A DNA stretch of 64,000 bases. Source: Botryllus schlosseri. Lineage: Eukaryota. Below are positions 25,507 to 38,713 of this stretch, in pieces (the stretch's first letter is position 1; each line of letters begins with the position of its first letter). Under the pieces are notes generated by a model that was not told the origin of the DNA, did no database searches, and saw only the letters and a list, made by a program, of their open reading frames with translations. The translations under genes were made by a program, and so were the position numbers. The stretch is from contig CM119375.1 in the NCBI GenBank assembly GCA_051294905.1, forward strand, positions 19,468,001 through 19,532,000, written 5' to 3'.

Positions 25507-25742
25507 GTTTGGTTTGTAATACATGCCCGTACGAACTCCGAATGAGGGAACTTTGGCGGTGCTTGAATCAAGCCATGTTCGGATGTAGTTCTGAACATCA
25601 TAGTATTGCTCTTTTGTGTATATATTGGCCAACTTTGCGCCATGTCTAGTACAAGCTAAAGCCGCAGCTTCTTGGTTCACCCATCCGTCGCCAACAAAAA
25701 TAACAAAGTAGCATCTGTCGTCATCATGAATGTCACACTTAT
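25507..25742 (-). CDS. Gene 2 exon 2: N-terminal half of the C-type lectin domain
   Basis: Acceptor ttattttcag|AT. Encodes KCDIHDDDRCYFVIF...AALACTRHGAKLANIYTKEQYYDVQNYIR...VRTGMYYKPN. Donor |GTAAGT (phase 0). Confidence 0.92.
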
Positions 25743-25791
25743 CTGAAAATAATAAAAATTGTAACCTCTGTCTTAATATATACAAACGAGC

Positions 25792-26327
25792 TAGGGTTGT
25801 AATGACTTGAGCCACGGTTTTTGGGTGACTCGACTTTGTTTTTTTCAAATGCGTTTAATGACTCGAGTCGACAACATTTGTGTATTGACTCGACTTGTAC
25901 TCGAGTCATTGCGCATGACTCGAAGCAATTCATATGATTCGGACTGTGTCTATAAAGACAGGCATTCCATTGTAATTTCAAAGATATTAAAGTTATCACA
26001 CTAATAATATTTCGTCTGTCAGTACTGGTAATTGAAAATGATTCCAGAAACTGTTAAAAGTGAGGAAAATTAGTATATTAGGAATGCGGAGCATTCGACA
26101 TCACATAGCAGAGTTGGAAAAAGTGGGTTTCACGTGACATTAACTCAGAACTGAACAAGTGAACAGTCAACACAATGACTTGGACTCGGACTCGACACTG
26201 TACTCCGTGATTTGGACTCGGATTTGACGCGGTGGTGAACTGAAAATTACTCGACATGACTCGAGTCAAAACTATAAAAGTGAGATTGACTTGGGACTCG
26301 GAACCTTGTGACTAGGTTATAACCCTG
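25792..26327. mobile_element. hAT-type MITE family A in intron 1 of gene 2
   Basis: TAGGGTTGTAA ... TTATAACCCTG with GACTCGAGTC arrays, inverted relative to 30115-30706. Confidence 0.8.
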
Positions 26328-26410
26328 ATACATGTTTTTGCGGAATCGCAGCATGTCATATTGAATATTTAACCGTTTAATTTAGCAACTAATTCAGACG
26401 ATCGTTTCAC

Positions 26411-26573
26411 CGTGATATTGTAGTATAGTCCGTCTGATTTCACGAAGATCCTGGTGGATATCCATGTGGTGTTCTTGGACAGGCTCAATCTCATTCCGAC
26501 TGTTGCTGATCGCAGCAGAAAAACCCTGATCAGTGCCAAATAAGCTTACTGACAGTATAAATAAAATATACAT
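26411..26573 (-). CDS. Gene 2 exon 1: signal peptide and short helical neck
   Basis: MYILFILSVSLFGTDQGFSAAISNSRNEIEPVQEHHMDIHQDLREIRRTILQYH with phase-1 donor G|GTGAAA. The joined CDS is 600 nt, 199 aa. An in-frame upstream ATG exists at 26630. Confidence 0.75.
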
Positions 26574-26722
26574 CTCGTATTCGAATATCTTTGCGAACTG
26601 GTAAATAATAAAATTAATATCTCCCCGCATATGTAATAGTATTTGTGGAGCAATTTATCAGCTGCTGAAACTTTATCGGCACTTTATGAATCTAGAATTG
26701 AATTGGAAAAAGATGTCTGGAC

Positions 26723-27618
26723 TAGGGACTGTATGAACAGATGTTCGCGTTTGCGTTCGGTGTGTGAGCCTCAGAAATATAGAGGTCCCCGTTTTCAAAC
26801 AAACCTTGGTAGGTTCTGTACTGTGAACCTTTTTTCATGTATTACAATTTTTAACGTCATTTTATCGTCTCTTTGGCTTTCTTGCTTATCAACCTCGGAC
26901 CACTCTCCGCAAGGCACCGGCAACATGAAAAGTAACTCAGTACTAAACGAGCTTTCACCTATAGCTGACTACGAACATTATTTGCTTCAAAGTTTGGTCG
27001 GAATATTCAGCTTCCTGTTTGTGAATATTTATTGACTATCAGCTGTGAACTTTGTCGGTAAATCACACAATAGCAAGAACGAGACACACTACTTGTACGA
27101 AGTCAGTGAATCGTGCTTAGTCAACCAATCAATGATATTTACATCAACGAAATTGATACAAAGAATGCAGCGATGTAGAATGTAAAAAATCTGTGAGGCG
27201 CACGGGAGCTATCTCGATTTGATATCCTTATTGGATACACGATATGGTGTTGTCTACTGCATACCTTGTTTTTGAGATAATATCTGGCGCAAGTATGGAT
27301 ACTCGTGTTTTACTCTTAAGAATACATCAGTTCGGTCTAGCCGAGTCCTCGTTGAAATTGTTGGCAAAGCGACGTAAGATATTGATTTTGTGGAATTATT
27401 ATAGCATTTGATTGTTCCAGTGTATAGCCCACATTATGTGACATTTAAAATGTCAGCATTTACTTTGGCATTGTGGCATAATGTGACCTTCGCGGAAATG
27501 TAGGGTTGGAATTGGGAATATGATGTCACGTGACGTCATAGGTTCACGTTCGCGTTCACACAGAACCTAAGTACGAGCTCACACGAAGCAGAACCTTACT
27601 GGGGACGCACCATCCCTA
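26723..27618. mobile_element. hAT family B copy immediately upstream of gene 2
   Basis: Left end TAGGGACTGTATGAAC, right end GCACCATCCCTA, interior shared with 22560-23191 and 35450-35830. TSD degenerate. Confidence 0.65.
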
Positions 27619-29245
27619 ATCTATAGTTATAAATCATAGCAAATTTAGTACCAAAATATCGTGGTCTATGCCATTCTCGTGATGCTAGCCTGTTAGATAT
27701 GCTAAATACTTATGTTCCGAACATGGTAGAAGACATTTTCTTCACAACCTTTTCTGGCTTATCTTCGTCTAAAGTCCGGATTTGACTGCCCATTATGTAA
27801 GCCCAATGAGGCTTATGATATAGAAATTGTAACTAAGTTCCCAGTACATCTACCGATCCAATGTAAAATCCTTTACAGATTCTGCCGTCTACAATCCACT
27901 GTTATGTGTAGAGTATATATACACTGACTATGTACTACCCTACTATGACAAGCACCACATCATCGGTAAATTGGAGGTGTTTGATTCTGCTATCTGTTGG
28001 TCACTTTCAGTGCACGAAAAGTATATTTGATGGGTTATTTTTGCTTTAGTAATAGCTAATCCAAGTTGTCTATACAATAAGGAGGATTTCGCTGCCAGTG
28101 TTGACAGGTTTCAACTTGTTATCGCATCTGTTTTATGAAATCGTCAGTGACTTGTTAAACACAAAAGATAGGGCGACGGTATCTGGTATCGACTATTTTA
28201 TACGCGCGTGTGAAGTGTGAACGTATCCGCTGAAAAGAACATGTCGAATCGAAAATATGAACGTAATTAGAATAAGTTGAAATTGCGTCGATGGCTGAAT
28301 AATTTCGCTGCGTTACGAATATATCTTGTGATTCGCCAGGTAATATATGCAGCATAGTTTAATAATCTTATACAACGAATCTTTTCTACGTAGATCACAT
28401 GCTTGCCATATTATTTTGTATAAATATTGATGAGAGGTCAAGTTTTTGTTGCAGTTAAATCCATGGAAACTTGCATTTATTTTTGAAAAAAGGTAAAAAG
28501 TTGCAGAAGTTGCATTTTGCTCGGTTGACTAAAACAAAGTCAATTTTCCGGCTCAGCTCCCGAAATACCCGTAAAAGCGTTACTTCGGTGCTGATTTCAT
28601 ATTCCCAATTCCAACCCTACATTTCACCAAAATCGAAAATACTTTCATGAAAAATCGAAAAAGTTGCAAAATGTTGCAAAAAGTTGCATGAAAAAAATGG
28701 AAAAAAGTTGCAAAAAGTTGCACTATAAGATTCCTTCAAACAGCTTAAAACAGCATTCTACATATCTTACGCGTATTTAGGAAGCTGCCGGAAGCTGTAA
28801 AAAAGTTGCAAAAGTTGCAAAAACTTGTCCTATGATGACCATCAAACGCCATATGGTTTCGACTCTCAACTCTAATATGCAGGGAAAGCGAGTGCATCAG
28901 TGTGCTGCGACACAATTGAGACATTATAATGGGTGCTGGTTTTGGTTTCGGCTCTGCCATGATTCTACGTGTCGGACGTTTATCTGAACACCTCATCTTC
29001 GATCACGTTGTAGGCGCACCATGTTTCGAATGCCCAGAAATATAGGCTACAGTGAACGAATCTCAAATTCGGTCACAGATACCCAAAAATAGAAACAAGA
29101 AAGCGACTGTGACCGAAGAGTGAGAGTGCGCGAGTATGAAAAGTCGCCATGAAGCCATGGCAAAGATCGACATGCACCTATCATCGCCAAATGCAATGTT
29201 GGGCCGCTTAAGACCTAAACAGGCGATAAGCGACAATGTCGTCGT

Positions 29246-31797
29246 CAGACATGGGGTAATCGCGATTAGTAATCGTAATCGATTACGACGATTACAGCAT
29301 TTTCAATTAATCGTAATCGTGATCGATTACATTCGAAAAAAATCCAAAGTAATCGTAATCGACTACTTCACATATCTAATCGATTTCTTTGTGAAAGAGC
29401 GATTACTTTTTATTTGTACAATGAATATGACATTACCGAACATTCGTGAACAAGGAAGAGATGTTATGCCACTGCTCATTATTGCGTCAGAAGTATTAGC
29501 TCTGCTCGTCCCTGCGTAAGAAGTATCCACGCGTAGTAAATATATATTCGATGGTCATTGTTGTGCTATTGTTAAAACAATGTAAGCCATGCTGTATATC
29601 AGGTTATCAATACACTCCAGACGCCACTACCTCGCAGCAAGATAATAATCACCACTCTGCCTAGTTTCAAATAGTAACTCATGTATTGATGTTTGGTTAT
29701 GCTTAGTTAAACGCAGTTTGACCGTTGCTGTTTGGCGAGCAGTAGGCCTATCTATGTAGTATACGTATGTATTGTACGTACACCGGAAAAAGATTTGCAA
29801 TTTTGTACTCAAATAAAACATTAGGATGGTTAAAATAAACAGCTGCTGATATATATCATTACCGACCCGTTCTTTGCTGTTTCTCGTAACGGCAGCTTTC
29901 AGTATCTGTATTAAGTGTAAGGTTGAATTTTAAGTTCACTTTATCTTATTCTCATATGACTCTACTTGAAACGGCCGCCAATCGTTATTTCAAAATTCTT
30001 CACTCGAGATTTATACCTATCGCCATGACGATCAGCTTATATTTGTAGCGTGGGTTGTAGGCACAATCAGGACCAAAACAGCAATTCGTCACCCACTCCC
30101 AACATTGGTATTGGTAGGGTTGTAACCAAGTCACAATATTCCGAGTCACAAGTCAATCGCACTTTTATAGTTTTGACTCGAGTCAAGTCGAGTCATTTTC
30201 AATTCACCCCCGAGTCAAGTCCGAGTCCAAGTCAGCTAGTATAGGGACGAGTCCGAGTCATAGTGTTTGACTCGTGTACGATGCCAAGTCGTTATGTTCA
30301 CAGATCAGTTTTTCGATCAATCCGGTTCAACCCCCTCTTTTCAACTCTGCTCGAGTGATATGGAATGGCTCGTATTCATAATATAGTAATTTTCATCAGT
30401 TTTCACAGTTTGTGGCCCTATTTCAGGACTGATCAGTATCAGTATCAGGACTGATAGACGAAATACAAATAATGTGGTAACTGTACTATTCTTCGAAGTT
30501 ACGTGGAATGTCTGTCTTGGCCGTTCTAGTCTCGAGTCATATGACTTGGTTCGAGTCATGCAAAATGACTCGAGTACAAGTCGAGTCAATACAAAAATTG
30601 ATTCGAGTCGAGTCAATTTACGCATTTGAAAAATGACTCGAGTCAAGTCTAGTCACCAAAACATCGCGACTCGATTCGAGTTATGACTTGAGTCATTACC
30701 CTCCTGGGTATTGGGGCCCAATAGGGTGGTCAGTTTTCAAGTTGATGACTGAATTTCGTTAATAATATTGGTGATTGCATTATATTGCTATTCATTCAGA
30801 TTTACCGGTAGAGCTGGGGGCACGTAATTCATAATTATAGCATCTGGTATGTTGTTATAATTATTTTATTGTGTGTTGTTGATTCGTGACCTCCCGTCTT
30901 TTATATTTAATAAAAAGATATTGTAGTCGCCCAAACGTAGCAGACTAAAAAAAACTTTCGTGAGACGCACACACAAATTGTCATGTCTTCATTCCTCTGC
31001 GAGTGCCCCGGGTGGCATTTACATTGTTGTGGCTCAGATTGGAAGGAACGGACTATTCGTCACGCCCACAGAGCGCGGCTACTGACAACGGACACATACC
31101 AAAAGTTTTGTCACAAAGGCCATTCTTTGGTAGCACACTTTGTGGAGTTGCATGTTGGCCGAAATTGCATACGTCTTTTGGTGTGTCGTGGCGTAGCAAT
31201 AACCGTCACCGAAATACCTATTCCTATAAATTATGCTTGCTTTTTTTCTTGAGGTGGAGAGGTAAGCATTTCAAAATCAAGCTATTTAGAGACATTAAAT
31301 CCCGAAGCTCGAAGAAAACTTTCAAGGTAATTAACTCTCTTGAAAAAACTTTATAATAATTTATGCTGATTTACGAAATACTTTTGAGTCAACTTAGAGC
31401 TCCTCCCGGTCCTATTGGGAAGTTTGGGGTGTGGCAGTTACAGACCTGGCAAGAATGCAAATCGTTGGGTGCGACGAATAGTCCTGCGTAGAGTTGGGCA
31501 ATGAGTACATTATGACGTAACAAGCAAAGGACGTATGATTTATAAAGAAAGTTGTTATCTCATTAGACCTTTTCATCGTAAGCCTTATATTGTCTCCCAA
31601 TATCTCTTCTGAAATTAGTTCTAAGAAGCAAAACAAATGTAATCGTGAGTAATCGTGATTACTTTTGAAATGCAATCGTAATCGTAATCGACTACTTCCT
31701 GATTTTGCTGTTATCGTTATCGTAATCGTAATCACGAGATTCACAAGTAATCGTAATCGCAATCGATTACATTCGTAAAGTAATCACCCCATGTCTG
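29246..31797. mobile_element. 2.55-kb non-autonomous hAT element (GTAATC repeats)
   Basis: TIR CAGACATGGGGT/ACCCCATGTCTG, perfect TSD GTCGTCGT, (GTAATC)n subterminal arrays at both ends. Confidence 0.9.
30115..30706. mobile_element. hAT MITE family A nested in 29246-31797
   Basis: TAGGGTTGTAACC...CCCTCCTG with perfect TSD GGTATTGG. Confidence 0.88.
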
Positions 31798-34739
31798 GTC
31801 GTCGTTTTATAATAATATAGAAAGTATCATGAGTTTTGTTACTCCTTAGACATGCTATAGTGTCGGGGGTGGAGTCATATAAAACAATTTATAAGAAAAA
31901 ACCAATTTTGATAGACCTAAATCGCGGTTACAGCTCAGATACAAGGACACCAAATGAACTAACATCGCGTGAAGAAGTATCACGGTGTTGAGTTGTCTGA
32001 TACATTCAGATATCTTCATATGCAGTCTTCAGTCTTCATATGCATTTGGATAGATATTTTAGAGTTTTTTCATTTTCAACCTTGAGTTTAGATCAAAGGT
32101 ATCGGACTATAAACTAATTTAGAGAGCCATTTTGCGCACTCCGCACCATTCAAAATCGATATTTACTCGCGGACATATCTTTCTGGGCCGATCACATTTT
32201 GCGCGTGGGACACAGGTGGCACACGATCCAATAAAAAATTATGGCAGGATGGAGGATTTGTGTTTGCATGATAATATATATATACATCGAGCCCAATCTC
32301 TAACGATCACATTACCATTCACAACAATACAGAAATCTATTGAAGTAAACTGGAGCAAACACAACTCATGAAATCGGGTATGATATCATTCAGTCTTCAA
32401 GAATCCATTTGTCCACTCAACAGTTTTGTGCGACTCTGTCGCCATGTGAAAAAACTGATGACCAAACTGACCATATTTATTGTACTCGTCTATATAAATG
32501 TAACACCACCTCACAATTTACATGAACAATTTATGATATAACTGCCCTAATTAGGTATGACGTACCATCGGAGCAAAGAGTCCTTCAACAAAAGAATAAC
32601 AATGAGCGAGCTATATAGATAATGCTACAGTCATCTTTAGATTAAAGTATAGTATCGTTGTTATTGCATGTTTATCATCTGCTAACACCGTGGGGGATAT
32701 TGACTTTAGCCAGTCCTTAAACACTTGCCGATGATTTTGCTATTCCAGTCCGCCATCTCCCGCCGAGTTTGTGTATTGATTTATATGCGCACTGCTGCTG
32801 CGCGGTAATGATCCGCAGGTGTAGCATCTCACAGTGTTGCATTTGAAACAAAAATTAATTTAAAACAAACATGTAAAAACATTACCCTCGTTCAAAACAT
32901 GTTTTTTTCAAGCATGACGTCACGAATCTTTAATTGACTGTAGTTGCTGCTGACGTTTAATCGTTATTCAGGGGTCCTATTTAGACTCTAGGTCAGTGTT
33001 TCTTTTGCAGCTCGCGGAACACTAGAAAAATTCTAAAACGCTCGCGACACATTTACGGGAGAAGAAAAGTTACTTCGAAATATTTCCGCACGTTAATGGG
33101 CTTGTTTATAGAACATATACGACTGAAACGATGTTGCATTTTTGCCCAACATACGAGCATTTATAGTCGCCAATTCAAAAGGTCTCTCTCGGTCACAACT
33201 ATGTTCATGCCATGTTCCTTAGCCGAAATGCTGGTACCATATTGTCCCGAACCAGCTGATTGTGCAGAATAAAACACTCCTACTGCCTCAAGGGATATAG
33301 TCTAATGGTTCTTATAATTGCGAGACGGTCATCACTGCAAATTATGGGTATATTCTAGAATTAATTGTATTTCTGGAAGGAGTGGTACCCCTATAAAAGT
33401 CGAGAATAGCATTTCAGACTAAATCGCGTTGAGCGCGAAGAAATTTTCAAGTTGAGTATTATGCTGTCTGGCAAAAGTATTATGCTTTACGTGTATTTGC
33501 AAAAATGATTTTTGTCCCCTTTCGAGCTTGGACCAGCTTTCAATCAGGTGCTAGGGGGAAGGCAGTTACGGTCCCGTTCACATAGCCTTGAAGATGGAAC
33601 AACTACAGGCTAATTACCTCGCTTTCGCACTGATGAAGGCAAAGGATTTGAAAGCAGAAAGTCAAAACTCATCCATCAATCAAACAGCAGATTCTGGAAA
33701 ACGTATTGCTACAGTTCGAGTGGAGCTTCAGACAATATATGCCCATGGTTTGCGGAAGGATTTTTCTTGATTATGAGTTGGTGCATTGAATTATTCAACA
33801 ATTATTTTCCGAAATTGCCAAAAATGTCGCGGCTCACAATTTGCGAATCACTGGTCCAGGTCTTTCAGTTTTCTTTTTTCATTCAGCGTCGGGTCCTTTT
33901 CAGGGCTTTTTTTCTCCGTACGTACAATAATTTCAGCCCAATATTGGTGTCGGATTGATGTCGACTCCTTCCTCTCATTTTATCACATTCTTGTGGTGTC
34001 TTATGATTTATACTGAGCTGATATTACCTGAAGGTATTTCTGTACATATGTGGGCTATATCAATTTTATGTGAGGTTTATTATAAAAATCAAGACATAAA
34101 TTGGTACAAGGGCATAACAGCAACACAACAACAAACATCGTCATTTCTTTTCTCCGTCGCATCCCATCTGCCTTTACACGTCCATTCGCCTGAACTCCAA
34201 TTCACACGAAAGCAATCAATCAATTTCACATGCGATACTCAGTGGCTGAGGCAACACTAAACCTGAGCCACACAAAGACACAAACACGAATCGTAAGCCC
34301 CTCTCGTATCCCGAACTACCATTTCTTGGATCCCGGATAAAGGGAAAGACCTATATATCCAAAGTGACAGAACCACGAAAAGTCAAAATAACCAGAAATG
34401 GACACATTCCAGTTCCAGGGACGATTTGGGTAAAGATGTCATATTTATAAACCCCTGAAATTGACGAAGAGTTAACGAAAGAATGGTAAAGACATGGAGC
34501 AAAATATCACAGATGTAAATGATTCATTGTTGATAGTAGGTTAATGATAGAAGGCGTGTTGAAAGACACAAGTTAATAAAAACGGGCAATGGATTTTTCC
34601 CGAACAGATCACATTGAATTTTTGCCTTCAGAAAATGAAAAGCGCATATTGAGCAAGCCTCAGTTATGGCATAGCCTTTCATACATAAGTCACTTTCTTG
34701 AAGATAATTCAAACCAAATCTTAGCAGTATTGATGAAGC

Positions 34740-34745
<6 letters not shown>

Positions 34746-34784
<39 letters not shown>
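34746..34784. repeat. (GA)n microsatellite
   Basis: Direct reading. Others at about 7702-7730 and 46194-46208. Confidence 0.95.
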
Positions 34785-34788
<4 letters not shown>

Positions 34789-34817
34789 AGAAAATAAGAG
34801 AATATGAAACATTTCTA

Positions 34818-35044
34818 CGGGTTTGAGTCCGACATATTGGTCGACTTCAGAATTCCTTCCGTTGGAGGTTTATCTAGGCTCTTACTCGCCATCTCATCCG
34901 TGCAAGCGGTGCCTTGTGAAAAGCTTAGAAGTGGGCCGTGCTAGTCGGCAATTACGGAATATAAATGAAGAATATCGGCCAGGTGTAAATTACCATACTA
35001 GTCGACAAACATCATGAATACCACAAACAACAACAACAACAACA
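34818..35044 (+). mobile_element. SINE family 1, 5'-truncated
   Basis: Colinear with 3290-3512 and ends in (AAC)n. Confidence 0.8.
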
Positions 35045-35045
35045 T

Positions 35046-36408
35046 GGCCATTTCCATCGAGCTATTGTTCGGAACAGTGCCGATTTTCAGACGTTTAAGG
35101 CTATTTCGGGGTGTTCCCATTGTCCTGACAAGATTTAATTAGTATTTTCGTAATCTATGCGACACTGGCTTTCGATTGTACCAGACTTATTACATTTGGG
35201 CGCTCGAATCGCCAGCCTACCAAATATTCTAGTTTTAGCCGGTTCAGCGGTAGATGGCTCTTCGTATTCAAGTGTGACGACTGTCTTGCGCATCTATCCG
35301 TACATTAGTAATCTATAGCATAAGACGGCTTGAAGCAGTTTGCCCTTTATATTTTTCGGAAACAAGAGAGTCGGATTGACGAGTCAGCTTCGAAGCTTAC
35401 CAAAACGGCCATATGGCATCAACGAAATTGATTTAGCGAACGAATCGTTGACTACTGTAAGAGGTCTAGCAGACGTATGAGATATATCACGATTTGATAT
35501 GTTTATTGTATCATAAAAACCAAATCCGTTCAATTGGAGTGCTGGCTACTGTATAACTTGTTTTTGAGGTAATATCTGTAGCAAGTGTAGAAATCGCTTT
35601 TCCGCTCTGATCCATATAAATGTAGGTGACGCATTAGGAATACATTGTCCAGTCAAACCTATAAGACCGTTCGTTACGTCTTCAGCTTATCGTCCCTTTC
35701 TGTAGTCCCCGTCGAGATTTTTGGCAAAGCGATCGAAGATATATAGATTTTACGGAATTAATAAAGCATTTGATTGCTCCAGTTAATACATGATGCTTAA
35801 TAGTTCAGCCTGTACTTCAGCACTTTGGCTTATGGCATAACTTGGCCTAAATAGTAGTGCTGAGCGGATCCACAAATTCTCTGGTCCGGCTCCGATCCGG
35901 CTCCAGTCGTATCAGGAAAAAGTACTGATCCGGCTCCGATCCAGCTCTGGCAAAAAATGAAAAAGTCCTGCCGGAAATCCGGCCCAACACGGTACGGTGG
36001 TTCCGTGAATTTAAAAATATAGCTCGTTTCTTTTCGCACTGGCTCGGCGGTTACTTGCGTGTGGTTGGTTGGTAGTTATTTAGTTACAAACGTCATGCTT
36101 ATCCATAAACATTCTGGACTTATCAAAAAATACTGATTCGTCTCCGATCCGTCTCCGGCGTATCAGAAAAAGTACCGGTCCGGCTCCGATCCGGTCCGGC
36201 CAAAATTGAAAAAAATGCGGCCGGATATCCAATCCGACTCCGGTTCATGCTCCACACTACTAAGTAGTCGCTAGGTATTGCGCACGTACATTAATATATT
36301 ACTTTACGGAAATGTAGGGTCGCAATGGGACGTCACGTGGCGTCATTGATTCCTGTTCACGTTCGCGTTCAAGCGAATCTGAACCTTTCAGGAGTTTGCA
36401 CCATCCTA
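35046..36408. mobile_element. hAT family B derivative (interior and right end)
   Basis: 35046-35800 matches 45120-45870. The right end GCACCATCCTA is at 36408. Confidence 0.65.
35855..36259. mobile_element. hAT-type MITE (CCGGCTCCGATCCGG repeats) nested in family B
   Basis: Ends TAGTG.../...CACTA, TSD CTAAATAG/CTAAGTAG (7/8). Partial relative at about 52010-52103. Confidence 0.78.
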
Positions 36409-37809
36409 TTATACATAATTGTAATCGTATACATTTTTATTACGAATCATATGGGCTTTATTCTCACTCTTATTCGCAAACAAATGAATTAGTAAAATTC
36501 TATGATTGACCCATTGAATGTAATTATGTACCGCTAAATCAGTGGCTGCAACGACGATATTAGTTGACATTTTTCTATGATCTCCTTCTCTAGTCGTCAT
36601 GCGACGTTTGTCCTGCGTATGCGTCGTGAATATTACAAGAGACTTCGGAATCTGGTTCCTTGTTATTAATCAACATCCGGGTTGCAACTTGCATACAACG
36701 GTGTCGCATCAGCGTTTTCGCTTCCTGTGTGGATAACTGTTGTTTGGTCCATTTCTCCAGAAAACTCTGAACTGAGTGTGCACTGTGCACTTTATAAATT
36801 TGTAGGAAGGGAAATTGCCCAGCCACGATTTTGTACCTTGATAGGGTATGTCCTCCATTTCGATAGAGTTGTTACTTCAAAATAACGGGAACCTAGTTGC
36901 CCATGGATGTAATCAACCTACAAAGGCCATAGACATGCATCTACCAAATGCATTGGGAATCGATGCGCTATCAGAACGCATTATTGCGATGTAACATTAT
37001 AGTAGCACGTGATCCAAACGTCAACGGTGGGCGATCTGCAGCCGTGAATACAAATTTTGTGGTCGTCCACAACGGTGATTGAAATGTACATAGGCGGCCA
37101 TGCTGAATTTTTAGATTCACGGATGAATTTCGTCATTGAATTAGTAGTTTCATATATTACTTTCAGACATTTAGCCTTTCTTAGCTCTCGTGATCAGATT
37201 CACCAGTAGAGTTGATGGAAGGGGTGTTTCTTCGAAAATTCGGAGAAAGTTTTAAATGATGATGAATCTTTGGGTGGGCCAATTTTTATTGGTCACTTTG
37301 TTGCATGCTGTTATTTCTCGACGTCCCATCAGGATTGCCGGTACAGTGTGAATATATTAGAATCATCCATCCGTACTAAAAACATAATTTGAGTTCGTGA
37401 GGAGCACATGATTCCGATTTGGTATGTCTATATGGGACACATCATTTCCTCTGCTGTTCGCGTCTGTACTGCGGGGCTCAGATTGCAAAGAGCGCTACTA
37501 ATTTAAATCGAAAAATCAAATAGCATTGAATCGCGCGAGGCGCGAAAAGTAATTTCAAAATTACTCTCAAAATGTCGGCAGTGAATTCGCAGATTCAATT
37601 TGCACGTCGACGGCCGCCAACACATACTAAATGAGTTACGTGTCTACCGCCACACAAATTCCCTTCCAAGGCCGCAGGTTGGCCACCCCTGGAATAAAAG
37701 AACATTGTCCATAATGCTGGTACCGGACAAAAACGTCTTATTGCAGAAAATGGTATACATTGACGTCATGCATGTACGTTCACTTTCAATCGCTAATTAC
37801 ATGGGCTGC

Positions 37810-38183
37810 TCAAGGAAAGCTGATCATGAAGATTGGCATCGTTACCAGCCGATGCAAAGAAGCGAGCTGGATCATTTGCCTTTTCGCTGTCTGCAGGTAT
37901 CGAAAGAATGAGACTCCACTTTTTGAAGCAAAATAGTCATCGTATGATTCTGCAGACTTTTGATACTTTCGAATTCCTGGTGCTCGTTGCCGAACTTTCG
38001 CAAGTCGCCTAATAGTTCCGTTAACTGAATGAGTCTCATCACGATGGCCCATTGATGTCGAAAATTGTTAAGTCTTAATTGCTGACGGATCTTTCTATTT
38101 TCACGTCTTCCGCTTTTCAAGTCTTGAAAGAAACCAAGCGAAAGTGGTCCGGCAGCTAGCGGAAGCTCTACGACGAGCACCAA
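37810..38183 (-). pseudogene. Frameshifted histone-H3-like sequence (copy A)
   Basis: Two overlapping frames (37872-38183 and 37810-38052). Contains IRKYQKSAE at 37948-37974 versus H3 IRRYQKSTE. Paralogue of 46408-46810. Confidence 0.35.
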
Positions 38184-38713
38184 TAAATCGAAACTGTCAA
38201 AAGTCTGGCAAACTTTACGGTGAATGTCTCATAACTCGAAACGCGGAGTCATATTTATTTGTTATAACGTGAGCACATTTCAGGCCTAAATTCTCTATTT
38301 ATATATTATATTAAAGTAGTTTTGAACATGCATAGAAATTGAAAACGCAGAATGTGACGTGTAATTCGGACTATAGAAATACTTTGTATTGTGACATACG
38401 GTCACCTGTCATTGCAGCCTCACCTGATTGATTTTATTAGAAGCGCCTAAATGCAAGAAAATGAAAGAGTGAATTCAGGCGTTTAAACTGTTCTTGTAAC
38501 CAACATTATTCATGTCAGATAGCCTGACATATTCTTTTTAGGAAATCAGTTGCGAACGCGGTATTGTCGCCACATACATACGCTCGATTCAGAGAAATAT
38601 TCAATATATTAGAAACCTACATGTATACCGTTACGATTTATGACGACAAAGTCCTAAACTCAACTGATAACCGTACCTTTCACCTTCCCCATGGCTAGTT
38701 CCATGTGTATATA

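Noticed and set aside
26643-27035. 130-aa plus-strand ORF and most other 60-140 aa ORFs in the track
   Set aside because: They lie within MITEs or SINEs or lack any domain signature or splice support, consistent with chance ORFs.
32426-32527. Four-Cys frame FCATLSPCEK...CTRLYKC after an AG acceptor
   Set aside because: No compatible signal-peptide exon or recognisable Cys spacing.
33588-33770. ELQTIYAHGL resembling a Penelope GIY-YIG C-terminus, with a nearby CTGATGA...GAAA hammerhead-like core
   Set aside because: Stem II does not pair, the motif order is wrong and no RT is present.
36666-36789. Minus-strand exon-like frame ending ...DATPLYASCNPDVD-stop (tyrosine-motif tail)
   Set aside because: No transmembrane or linked upstream exon found, and the acceptor is ambiguous.
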